Shown here: one piece after another, positions 1 to 8,300 of the stretch
How the letters are laid out: each line of letters begins with the position of its first letter
Position numbering within the stretch: the first letter of the stretch is position 1
NCBI RefSeq assembly: GCF_014697195.1
Contig: NZ_JACJRJ010000023.1
Location: 60,755 to 92,754, forward strand
DNA length: 32,000 bases
Origin: Cylindrospermum sp. FACHB-282
Lineage (GTDB): Bacteria > Cyanobacteriota > Cyanobacteriia > Cyanobacteriales > Nostocaceae
Direction of reading: 5' to 3'
Notes under the pieces: model-generated
What the model was told of the DNA's origin: nothing
Databases searched by the model: none
The model's input: only the letters and a program-made list of their open reading frames with translations
Translations under genes and position numbers: made by a program

Positions 1-79
1 CAAGTCTTTAATTATCAAGCTGCTGAAAGTCATCACCAATATTAAACAATTTCAGCAACATGGTCAAGCAGTTGTCGGA

Positions 80-1048
80 ATGGCGATCGCTTTATTAGTG
101 ATAATTTTACTGGCGACCCTCACCTATGTTTCCGCCAAATTAAATATCTCCTTTATTGATGCCTTATATTTTGCCGTCGGCATGATTACTGGCGCCGGTG
201 GTAACGACAAAGTAGTAGAACACGCACCCGATAGCATTAAAATATTTACCGTTGTCATCATGCTAATTGGGGCGGCAGTCATTGGTATTTGGTACGCTAT
301 GCTTACCGATTTCGTTTTAGGCAGCCGCTTCAAGCAATTTTGGGATGCAGCCAGAATTCCCCAACGCTATCACTACATCGTCTGTGGCTTGAGTGGTATT
401 GGCATCAAAATTGTCCAACAACTCCACGCCAACGGACATGAGGTAGTAGTAATTGAAACCGACAGCAATAACAGATTTGTCAACACCGCTAGAGGCTTAG
501 GTATTCCCGTAATTCTTGGTGATGCTAGCTTCCAAGCCACCCTGAAAACCAGCAATATCCACTCCGCCGCCGCAGTGTTAGCTGTCACCAACAATGATGC
601 CACTAATTTAGAAATTGCCCTCAAAGCTAAAGGCTTAACCCCCAGCATTCCGGTAATTGTCCATTATGCCGATCCTGATTTTGCAGGTATGGCCCAACAG
701 TTGTTTGATTTCGAGGCGGTATTGAGTCCCGCTGAATTAGCAGCACCAGCTTTTGCAGCCGCTGCACTGGGGGGAAAAATCATCGGTAATGGCATTACAG
801 CGGATAGTCTTTGGGTGGCTTTTGCCACGGTAATTACACCTACACACCCTTTTTGCCATCAGCCGGTCAAAGATGTGGCCATGTCTGCTGACTTTGTGCC
901 TTTGTATATAGAAACTAATTATCAAACCCTTCACTGTTGGGAGTTGCTAGAAACTACCCTCAGCCCTGGGGATATTTTGTATTTGACGATGCCGGCAAAT
1001 CGGTTATATCAATTGTGGCGCGATGAACAACAAGCGCTGGCTGGTTGA
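80..1048 (+). CDS. 2-TM ion-channel / TrkA-N (RCK, NAD-binding) domain protein; may extend 5' beyond the window
   Basis: 322-aa ORF. It has TM1 (AIALLVIILLATLTYV), a pore-helix-like segment (SFIDALYFAVGMITGAGGND) and TM2 (IFTVVIMLIGAAVIGIWYAML). A Rossmann-type motif (IVCGLSGIGIKIV) typical of TrkA-N/RCK follows. The frame is open from nt 2, so the true start may lie upstream of the window. Confidence 0.75.
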   Translation: MAIALLVIILLATLTYVSAKLNISFIDALYFAVGMITGAGGNDKVVEHAPDSIKIFTVVIMLIGAAVIGIWYAMLTDFVLGSRFKQFWDAARIPQRYHYIVCGLSGIGIKIVQQLHANGHEVVVIETDSNNRFVNTARGLGIPVILGDASFQATLKTSNIHSAAAVLAVTNNDATNLEIALKAKGLTPSIPVIVHYADPDFAGMAQQLFDFEAVLSPAELAAPAFAAAALGGKIIGNGITADSLWVAFATVITPTHPFCHQPVKDVAMSADFVPLYIETNYQTLHCWELLETTLSPGDILYLTMPANRLYQLWRDEQQALAG

Positions 1049-1058
1049 CCAAATTTTA

Positions 1059-1097
1059 GATTTTAGATTTTGGATTGAAGATTTAAAATCTAAAATC
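1059..1097. repeat. AT-rich perfect 13-bp-stem hairpin built from (gatttta)-type STRR units, just after the channel gene stop
   Basis: gattttagatttt (1059-1071) is the exact reverse complement of aaaatctaaaatc (1085-1097), with a 13-nt loop. No T-run follows, so a terminator role is uncertain. Confidence 0.7.
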
Positions 1098-1183
1098 CGG
1101 ACATGATGTAATAGTTATTTCCGCCACGCCGCACTAGTAGTGTGTCAAGAACTAATTGACGAGTAAATAAATCTTTCAATTTT

Positions 1184-1239
1184 TCTTCTTCCTTCTTCCT
1201 TCTTCCTTCTTCCTTCTTCCTTCTTCCTTCTTCCTTCTC
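1184..1239. repeat. Heptanucleotide tandem repeat (ccttctt)n, STRR-like
   Basis: Six perfect ccttctt units start at 1191, 1198, 1205, 1212, 1219 and 1226, with imperfect flanking units. Confidence 0.95.
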
Positions 1240-1240
1240 T

Positions 1241-1357
1241 TCGAGACGCTTCGCGAACGCGCTCTACAGCCCTTTGGGCAAGAGCCTACGGCACGCTTCG
1301 CGAACGCTGCGCGCGAGCGTCCTTTGCGGTAGCCTGCGGCACGCCCTCCGGTCTACG
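1241..1357. repeat. GC-rich dispersed-repeat-like element with an internal direct repeat
   Basis: acgcttcgcgaacgc occurs twice (1246-1260 and 1293-1307). GC content is far above the surroundings. It resembles the GC-rich block at 30631-30770. Confidence 0.6.
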
Positions 1358-1391
1358 TTTCTTTATCCTTCAAACTTTACCTGACAGACTA

Positions 1392-3002
1392 CTAGTTATT
1401 CTGCACATACTTGATACAATTGCGCCCATCTAATTTAGCAGCATACAAAGCTTGATCAACTACTTGCAAGAGCTCATTGCTGGTTTTTCCATGATGAGGA
1501 AACACGCCGACTCCGCCGGAAACCGTTGCAGATATTTCCTTACCACCAAACTCCAGTGGCGTAGCTTCAAAGGATAACCGAATTTGTTCAGCCTGCTCAA
1601 AGGCATTCTCTAGGGTCATGCCGGGTAAAACCAATACAAACTCCTCGCCACCATATCGGCAGACGATGCCCCCAGAGGAACTATAGCAGCGAAGAAGGTC
1701 TGCAAATAATTGGATGACGCGATCGCCCGCGGGATGCCCGAATGTATCATTAATATTCTTGAAATAATCGATATCCATGATGATTAAGGCCACAGGATAA
1801 CAATCCTGCGCTGCCCATACCAGTTCTTTTGGCAATGTCTGGTCAAAATAACGCCGATTGAATAAACCTGTTAGTCCATCCCGTGTAGCCTGTTCCCGTA
1901 GCTGAACCTGTAGGGTTTCAATTTCGAGTACCTGTTTTTGTAACTGTTTATTAGCCTGTCGCAGTTCAGCCTCAGCCTGATAGCGTTGAGTAATGTCACG
2001 CAAAATCAGCAGACGCCCTGTTAACTGTTGGCGATAATCGCGTAATGGCGTAATCTGTAGCTCTAGATAACGAGGTATTACCGAATCGATGAATATCTCT
2101 GTTTTGACACTTTCATCAGCGTGGTATAGCCCAAGGATTTCTTGCCATTTTGAAAGAACTTGAGTGGCCGATTGTCCAAAGGGCCGTCCTTTTACCCCAA
2201 TCAGATGTTTTGCTGCCGGATTAATGTCAATAATTCGGTTTTTTACATCCAATACCAGCACACCGTCACTCATCCTTTCAATCAGGATGTCTCTAGCTAT
2301 GGGCACGAGGTCAAACATTCGGAAGTGAAAAAGGCTAACGAAATAGAACAGTCCGGTCAGCATGAAGCTCATCGGGGTGATATTCAGACCGGGGGGAGTG
2401 AAGCCTAGCATATACATACTAGCTCCCAACAATGGGAATGCTGCACCAGCTAATGTGATGCAAGACTGCTGGCGATGCAGAACTGAGGATTGTAAGGACT
2501 TTTGAATCAGCAGCACTGCACCTGCAATCGTATAAACGTAAACACAGACCATAATCCAAAAAAAACCAAGGCCGTGTTTATAAATCACAAAGGTACTACC
2601 ATTTGGATCTGGCAAAAAGTCATACCAGACTAAACGATGGCATTCGTTGGTTGCTACCAAGGCGACATTGAAGCTAGGGATAATCCATAGCAACGCTGTA
2701 TTTCGAGGCGTTAGCCAGGGATTTTTGTTTGTGAAGTGCATTGCAAACATCAGGAAGAGTGTAATTAGACTACCTGAGCCGACATACTCCAGCTTTGACC
2801 AAAATATTTTTGCCCAAAGGGCGATCGCCGCAGCTTCCATAGCTGCTGCTGTAGCGTAGAGTGCGATCGCTAGCATCATCCAGACGAAAGGCTTGCTAGC
2901 AAGACAAATTGAGCGTCGTCGCCAAGCTGCAAAGGCAACGGTAACTGAAATAATCGCCGTAATACTCAGAAGAATAAAGTAGAGGTTGTACTGAAAAAGC
3001 AT
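1392..3002 (-). CDS. Diguanylate cyclase: N-terminal multi-TM sensor domain, PAS, coiled coil, GGDEF
   Basis: The C-terminal domain carries RYGGEEF plus typical DGC motifs (LTGLFNRRYF, IMDIDYFKNINDTFGH). About 7 hydrophobic helices sit at the N-terminus, followed by a PAS-like segment (MSDGVLVLDVKNRIIDINPAA). No RxxD I-site lies 5 residues upstream of GGEEF. The ORF opens at a TTG (3032); the first ATG at 3002 (MLFQYNLYF) is preferred. Confidence 0.9.
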   Translation of the reverse strand: MLFQYNLYFILLSITAIISVTVAFAAWRRRSICLASKPFVWMMLAIALYATAAAMEAAAIALWAKIFWSKLEYVGSGSLITLFLMFAMHFTNKNPWLTPRNTALLWIIPSFNVALVATNECHRLVWYDFLPDPNGSTFVIYKHGLGFFWIMVCVYVYTIAGAVLLIQKSLQSSVLHRQQSCITLAGAAFPLLGASMYMLGFTPPGLNITPMSFMLTGLFYFVSLFHFRMFDLVPIARDILIERMSDGVLVLDVKNRIIDINPAAKHLIGVKGRPFGQSATQVLSKWQEILGLYHADESVKTEIFIDSVIPRYLELQITPLRDYRQQLTGRLLILRDITQRYQAEAELRQANKQLQKQVLEIETLQVQLREQATRDGLTGLFNRRYFDQTLPKELVWAAQDCYPVALIIMDIDYFKNINDTFGHPAGDRVIQLFADLLRCYSSSGGIVCRYGGEEFVLVLPGMTLENAFEQAEQIRLSFEATPLEFGGKEISATVSGGVGVFPHHGKTSNELLQVVDQALYAAKLDGRNCIKYVQNN

Positions 3003-3130
3003 GGTGACGCAGCATTCAAAAGCTGATCTCAAGCTTACGAGATAACTTTGAGCTAGTCATTGTGCTAGATTTGCATCCGTAGTGATCGTGAACACCGTAC
3101 TGGATGCGATGGCGATCGCGTACAATTTAC

Positions 3131-3186
3131 CTGTAGGTTGGGTTGTTCGCGTCAGCGTTGCGGAGCAATGGAACGAAACCCAACAT
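3131..3186. repeat. Nostocales hairpin repeat (ctgtaggttgggtt...gaacgaaacccaacat), copy with an enlarged loop
   Basis: It has the same termini as the 4070-4103 copy and the stem gttgggtt/aacccaac. About 25 extra nt sit in the loop. Confidence 0.8.
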
Positions 3187-3200
3187 TCATTTTTAAGAAC

Positions 3201-4028
3201 TCAATCTTTCAAATTCTCACGCTTAATCAGTTTAGGCTTAGTAATCGGTTTAGTAATTTCAACACTTTTCGCAGAAATCGTCAAATCTTCAACTGTTTCA
3301 ACATCCGTCAAATTCTCACGTTTAGGCTTAGGAATCGGTTTGGAAATTTCAACACTTTTTGCAGCAATCGTCAAATCTTCAACCGCTTCAGCAATTACCT
3401 GCACTTGCATTGGTGTTAAGCAATCAGCAGAACTTACTATCATCTGTAGCAGTGCGGGGATACTTTGCAAAACCGGAACTGAGCAATCAGTTACTCCTAA
3501 CCATTTAGCTACAGGAAAAATTACAGGAGCCTTAACCACTCCATCAGGTAAATTAGGAATTAAACAATTAATCCACTGACTAAACATTTTTTGATGATAA
3601 ATACTTTGAGAAGTCGGACTATTTGATATTGCTTCCCAGTTGTTTCCCTCTCGTCGTTTCCATTTATCTTTATAAGCAGTAAATGACCCTTTCCAAGTTT
3701 TTACCTCTACTAAAAAAATCCCACCTGCACCAATAATTAATAAATCTATCTCTGTTAAAGTATTTACATTAGAGGTTGGTATTAAAGCATTATTAAACAT
3801 TACCCAACTATCAGGTAATGATTTAAGCAGCAGTGAAACACTCCATTCTCCCACATTGCCTTTAATTTGGTTTTGAAATTGCTTAATTTCAAATACTGCT
3901 GCACCCAATGAACCCAAGAAGCCATTACCTAATGATTCTTGAACTTCTTGCCGTTTGACAGATTTTTTTCCGTCTACCTGTTGTTGGAATTTTCCCCTAA
4001 GTGTCGGTGATTGTTTAAGGGTTCGCAT
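3201..4028 (-). CDS. NERD (nuclease-related domain) protein with a tandemly duplicated C-terminal tail
   Basis: The core reads EIDLLIIGAGGIFLVEVKTWKG ... NSPTSQSIYHQKMF, matching the NERD pattern (EID-hydrophobic-G-hydrophobic-EVK-x-G ... P-x-x-Q). The C-terminus holds two copies of VEDLTI[AS]AKSVEI[ST]KPI[PT]KPK. GC content is lower than the flanking genes. Confidence 0.75.
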   Translation of the reverse strand: MRTLKQSPTLRGKFQQQVDGKKSVKRQEVQESLGNGFLGSLGAAVFEIKQFQNQIKGNVGEWSVSLLLKSLPDSWVMFNNALIPTSNVNTLTEIDLLIIGAGGIFLVEVKTWKGSFTAYKDKWKRREGNNWEAISNSPTSQSIYHQKMFSQWINCLIPNLPDGVVKAPVIFPVAKWLGVTDCSVPVLQSIPALLQMIVSSADCLTPMQVQVIAEAVEDLTIAAKSVEISKPIPKPKRENLTDVETVEDLTISAKSVEITKPITKPKLIKRENLKD

Positions 4029-4069
4029 AAAATTTTAATTCTCTATACTTTCGTTTAATTCTTGTGCAT

Positions 4070-4103
4070 CTGTAGGTTGGGTTGAGGAACGAAACCCAAC
4101 ATT
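4070..4103. repeat. Nostocales hairpin repeat ctgtaggttgggttgaggaacgaaacccaacat
   Basis: Compact copy of the 3131-3186 element in the same orientation. Together the two copies bracket the NERD gene. Confidence 0.85.
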
Positions 4104-4118
4104 TTCCAAAAAAGCATC

Positions 4119-5039
4119 TTACTCTATTTCTAATCTAATTTTTTCCTCATTATATGAAGCACCCAGTTCTGGACGCAAACCATAGCCTTCAAATAATTTT
4201 TCTGTTGTTATCAAAATGTCCTGCATTGCGAATAATGTGGTAAAAGTATTCATAACACCTTCTGCTCTAGTTTTACCATACTCATCTATTATTATTTTTG
4301 TATAAATATTGAATTTTTTATCGTCCTGAACTATTTCTTTACTTAGTATTATGATGCATAATTTAGCTTCCATAGAAAGTGCTTTAATCTTTTCATCTAA
4401 GATCCAGACTTTAGGAAAACCTATGAATCCATCTATTTTTTTATAGCTATTCAATATCTCATCCAGAGAAGAGTTTAGATTCCTAGAATATCTATATATA
4501 GCATCAATAGTTTGACTTTCAAATATTCCCACTAATTTTAGAGCAGATTCATATATATAATCTTTTTTTATCTGGTTGATTATGCCTTCAATATTGTTTA
4601 TTTCAGATGTAGATAAACGACTACCGCTAATATTTTGTTTTATTTTATTGAAACATTCTAATTGAGCTTCCATACTTGCAATAAGTATCTTCGCTATCTT
4701 CTTCTGTTCCTGAGTTTTTCTGAAGCTTTCTAAATATCTGTTTCCAATATATAAGCTTATAATTGACCCAAAAGTTGTTAATACTTGTGCAATTATTGTT
4801 TTGTCAAAAATCTTATTTAAATCTGGTGGTAAGTTCCGAAAAATATATGTAGACAAAAATGGGGAAATCAAAAAAACTAAAGTAGGCAAAATAATAGGTC
4901 TATCCCTAAACCAGTTAACTGATAATTGCAATATATCAATATCAGAGTTTATCTTTACAGCCTGCCAAACTAGCCATAAACCTATCAAACTGGTTATCGC
5001 TAAACTCCAAATAACTTCTGAAGGTAAATTTATATTCAT
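4119..5039 (-). CDS. Hypothetical membrane protein (about 3 N-terminal TM helices plus a helical cytoplasmic domain), very AT-rich
   Basis: 306-aa ORF with an ATG start. TM segments are VIWSLAITSLIGLWLVW, IILPTLVFLISPFLSTYIF and IIAQVLTTFGSIISLYI. A sampled 60-nt line was about 22% GC. No family recognised. Same strand as the NERD gene and 90 nt upstream of it. Confidence 0.6.
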   Translation of the reverse strand: MNINLPSEVIWSLAITSLIGLWLVWQAVKINSDIDILQLSVNWFRDRPIILPTLVFLISPFLSTYIFRNLPPDLNKIFDKTIIAQVLTTFGSIISLYIGNRYLESFRKTQEQKKIAKILIASMEAQLECFNKIKQNISGSRLSTSEINNIEGIINQIKKDYIYESALKLVGIFESQTIDAIYRYSRNLNSSLDEILNSYKKIDGFIGFPKVWILDEKIKALSMEAKLCIIILSKEIVQDDKKFNIYTKIIIDEYGKTRAEGVMNTFTTLFAMQDILITTEKLFEGYGLRPELGASYNEEKIRLEIE

Positions 5040-5129
5040 GTCTGATTTAAAAGCAAATTATGGAATCATAATAAAACAGTATTAATAATTACGCAACTAA
5101 AATGAAATTAGACATACTACAAAGCATTC

Positions 5130-5158
5130 GTAGGGGCACAGCATTGCTGTGCCCCTAC
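5130..5158. repeat. Hairpin repeat gtaggggcacagcattgctgtgcccctac
   Basis: Near-perfect palindrome. A related copy lies at 13700-13728. Confidence 0.85.
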
Positions 5159-5230
5159 CAGATTTTGCATCCAAACGAGAACCGCTAGACTTAATTAGTT
5201 AAGGGATTTCCAAGAAATAAATTATCCATC

Positions 5231-5297
5231 TTGTGGGATGGGTGTCCCCACCCGTCCTATATTCTGGGCGGGCTAGAAGCCCACCCCACAATAAAAT
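5231..5297. repeat. Dispersed repeat (ttgtgggatgggtgtccccaccc ... gggcgggctagaagcccaccccacaataaaat)
   Basis: It shares gggcggg...cccacaataaaat with the 15524-15587 copy and has internal inverted symmetry. Confidence 0.75.
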
Positions 5298-5324
5298 TTG
5301 GGATGTTTTATTATTTGGAAGTCC

Positions 5325-6293
5325 CTAATGCAAAACTTCTAAACCCAAAGCCACAGCCCCCCACAACGGCGCATCATCACCCAGAACCGCGCGGACAATT
5401 TCAAAATTAACTTCTGGTAAGGCTGTCTCCCGCGCTACTCTTCGCACTACTTGCCAAAAAGCCTCACCCGCTTTTGTCACACCACCACCCAAAACAAAGC
5501 GCTGGGGGTTCATCAGGTTTGCGACATTGCCAATACCCACACCCAAAGCCCAAGCTGCCTTTTGCAAAACTTCTTGAGCCAAATTATCTCCCTCTACTGC
5601 CGCTTGACTGATTAATTGCCCGGTAAGTAGGCTTAAATTATCCCCTACCAAACCCCTCAATATCTCTCCCCTGACGACTCCTTTTCGACTCAGAGATTCA
5701 GCTGCTAAAATTTCTCTGGCATTTTGCGCCATGTAGGGGCCAGATGCTAAACGTTCTACACAACCGCGCTTACCACACAGACATACTGGCCCGTAAGGAT
5801 CGACAACCATATGTCCAATTTCCCCAGCCATCCCCGATGCACCCCGCCAAGGTTTGCCATTGAGTATCCAACCACCACCTACACCGGTGCTGACGGTGAT
5901 GTAAAACAGGCTTTCGTATCCCTGTCCAGCACCAAAGCGATGTTCGCCTAAAGCCGCTACATTGGCATCGTTGTCTACACTCACAGGAACGCGGTATTCT
6001 TCTTCTAGCAAGTCTTTCAGGGGAATGTTTTCCCAGCCGGGGACATGGTGAGATAGTCGCACTAACCCGGTGGCTGTGTCTACTGGGCCGCCAAAACTGA
6101 CACCGATAGCGCTGGGTTTTGATCCTTTGAGTAGAGAGTCAATGAGCGATCGCATTATATCTAAATCACTCAGCACATCTGCATTCGCCGGTGAGAGACA
6201 ACGTTCATAACGTAGCCACTCCCTAGAACCGGCATTTACCGTCGCCGCCGCCAATTTAGTTCCACCAAAATCGAGAGCTAATATAAAGGCCAT
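5325..6293 (-). CDS. ROK-family sugar kinase (glucokinase-like)
   Basis: ATP-binding N-terminus (LALDFGGTKL), a DNDANVAALGE motif and the ROK zinc motif (GHMVVDPYGPVCLCGKRGCVE). The ORF is open to 6329, but the ATG at 6293 (MAFILALDFGG) fits the family N-terminus. Confidence 0.9.
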   Translation of the reverse strand: MAFILALDFGGTKLAAATVNAGSREWLRYERCLSPANADVLSDLDIMRSLIDSLLKGSKPSAIGVSFGGPVDTATGLVRLSHHVPGWENIPLKDLLEEEYRVPVSVDNDANVAALGEHRFGAGQGYESLFYITVSTGVGGGWILNGKPWRGASGMAGEIGHMVVDPYGPVCLCGKRGCVERLASGPYMAQNAREILAAESLSRKGVVRGEILRGLVGDNLSLLTGQLISQAAVEGDNLAQEVLQKAAWALGVGIGNVANLMNPQRFVLGGGVTKAGEAFWQVVRRVARETALPEVNFEIVRAVLGDDAPLWGAVALGLEVLH

Positions 6294-6379
6294 AACTATT
6301 TTTAAAATAGGGACTGGGGCCTTGGGCATTGGGCGTTAGTAATTGACAATTTTAATTAATCTTTTATATTCCCCATTCC

Positions 6380-7138
6380 CTATTCCCCATGCTTAATTAT
6401 CGCCTCAATAAACTGTTGCAAGCGTTCATAATGTGACCCTTTCCAATAAATTTGAGCGCAATTTTGGCAGCGATGAAATTCATGCGTCTGCAATTGTACA
6501 GTTTCTGGCAATTGGTCAATAACAGATTCTTTGGCTACAGCTTCTAATAATCCATTGCACCGTAAACATCGTTGAAAAGGCGATAATGTTTTAAACAAAT
6601 CGAAGCGTCGCAAGACTTCCACAATTTGCTCTTGAGGTTGAGTGTTTCTTACATAATAACCATGGATCACCAAACTCCGCATCAACAGACCTTTATCACG
6701 AGTCAAGAGTATCCGTTCTTCCCTAGAAGATATTTGTGCTAATTCTTCATCCTCATAATCATTACGGTACAAAGTATCAAAACCTAATAATCTTAAAGAT
6801 GTCGCTAGCTTACCTAAATGAATATCTAAAACAAAGCGAATTACACTGAGCGGTTTTGGTCGCACAGAAATAATCGGTGTAGTCTCAGTCATAGCAGAGA
6901 TTGGATAAACATGGATAGTATCTCCATCCTGCACAATGTAAGAAAAATTTACATATTCCCCATTAACTTCTATACAATCAACTTCTGGATGGGGGACACC
7001 TAAAGCCTCAATCATATCTTTAATAGAGGCTCTTTCTGCAAAAAAGTGAGATATTTTTACCTGCTTTTTAGCCCGTGGTAAAAAATCATTCAATTCTGCC
7101 AAAAAGTAGAAATAAGCAACAGCCATAGTATTAGTCAT
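6380..7138 (-). CDS. Mut7-C ubiquitin-like / Mut7-C RNase (DUF82, PIN-like) domain protein with a C-terminal zinc ribbon
   Basis: N-terminal ThiS/ubiquitin-like segment (FYAELNDFL ... GVPHPEVD ... VNGE ... GDTIHVYP). C-terminal part reads FVLDIHLGKLATSLRLLGFD ... ILLTRD. Two CxxC pairs follow (CLRCNG and CQNCAQIYWKGSHY). The start could be M5 instead. Confidence 0.8.
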   Translation of the reverse strand: MTNTMAVAYFYFLAELNDFLPRAKKQVKISHFFAERASIKDMIEALGVPHPEVDCIEVNGEYVNFSYIVQDGDTIHVYPISAMTETTPIISVRPKPLSVIRFVLDIHLGKLATSLRLLGFDTLYRNDYEDEELAQISSREERILLTRDKGLLMRSLVIHGYYVRNTQPQEQIVEVLRRFDLFKTLSPFQRCLRCNGLLEAVAKESVIDQLPETVQLQTHEFHRCQNCAQIYWKGSHYERLQQFIEAIIKHGE

Positions 7139-7764
7139 TGGTCAAAGGATTTTGGATTTTATATTTTAGATTGACATCATGGATCAATGCAGGAGATTGA
7201 TCTAAAGAAAATATCTCTTTTTTATCCATAAATAAATTTAGTTGCTCTGAAACCTGTTTTAGATTGGGAATTTTGATTATTCAATTCCCGTATCCAAAAT
7301 CTAAAATCTAAAATTTAGTCATTCTCCCAATTTCTCCAATTAAGAGGACTCATACCAGAGATATTTGCAATAGTATGTAATATCTAATAAAGATTATTGA
7401 TTACATTGAAAGTCTTAATGTTTGTTAGAGCAAGCCTTCTCAACTGTTGAATATCTGTTAACTTTAATTTAAATAGCCTACAATAGGTTAAGACCTCTAG
7501 CAAAATTAATAAAAATTGTCAAATCCTTGCTTTTGTGATTGACTTCAGTTAAAGTCAAGGCATCTACCCAGGATTTAGCCCTGATGTGAGATTAGCTAAG
7601 AGGCTGAATAGGAGATTAGAGTCATGCAGGTGAAAGTGATATTACCCCAGATTGGTAAATAATCGGTATTTTAGCTGCTCATGCTGATAATTCAGGCTAT
7701 TAGACCATCTACCATCACCCAGTTATTTTTATTTTTTCCAATTTTATTGAGAAAAATTTGCAAT

Positions 7765-8211
7765 ATGGATAACTTATTATATATATTAGAACCATATAGA
7801 AGTAAGGCATTAGGTACAGGGCTAGGGATTATTGGTAATGATGTAGATACTTTAAGCGAGACGTTAAAAATGTACCTTGCTAATAGTAATATTTTTACCT
7901 GTAATATCCGCTACCTCTATTTCTTAGTCCAGTCTAGTACCGAAAACTGTCTATCCGATCTAGCCGGGTGGAATATCTTTGATCATGGCAGAGAAAGCAA
8001 GTTCACAAAAGCCATGATTCAGCTTGTGAAAATTTATCAACTGCTAGATAAGAACAGATACAAAATTAACGTTCTTTGTACGGAAAAATCACTTCTTAGA
8101 TGTTTGAGTTTTCTGATGAAGGATTTATTAACCGGAAAGACGCTAAAAAACCAGGATGTTATAAAGTGGCTACCTGATTTTAAGAGAGGGAATCTATATA
8201 CTTCCTGTTGA
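7765..8211 (+). CDS. Hypothetical protein (weakly supported)
   Basis: AT-rich ORF with no recognisable motif. The ATG at 7765 is preferred over the 7681 start. It lies 90 nt upstream of the next gene on the same strand. Confidence 0.3.
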   Translation: MDNLLYILEPYRSKALGTGLGIIGNDVDTLSETLKMYLANSNIFTCNIRYLYFLVQSSTENCLSDLAGWNIFDHGRESKFTKAMIQLVKIYQLLDKNRYKINVLCTEKSLLRCLSFLMKDLLTGKTLKNQDVIKWLPDFKRGNLYTSC

Positions 8212-8300
8212 TTTCTATTCAGCCAGGAATTTGTAGCTAACAACACAACCATATTTTTCCATTTCCTTTGTCCATAAAATCCATTCATGAGTAAATCTAG

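Noticed and set aside
1096-1101. Third TCCGGA hexamer
   Set aside because: It lies within the hairpin/STRR region between convergent genes, with no suitably spaced -10 box and no downstream gene.
3082-3579. 165-aa and 93-aa plus-strand ORFs (3082-3579 and 3138-3419)
   Set aside because: They are antisense to the NERD gene's duplicated tail and the hairpin repeat. Their translations are repetitive and low-complexity, so they are shadow ORFs.
5325-6329. N-terminal extension of the ROK kinase (start at 6329)
   Set aside because: The extension (MPKAPVPILKIV) precedes the family's canonical N-terminus. The ATG at 6293 places the DFGGTK motif at the usual distance from the start.
7139-7764. About 600 bp of AT-rich sequence without ORFs, considered as a possible sRNA, pseudogene or mobile remnant
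   Set aside because: I could find only (aaaatct)-type STRR fragments (about 7148-7172 and 7294-7314). There is no terminator, conserved structure or gene remnant I could support from sequence alone.
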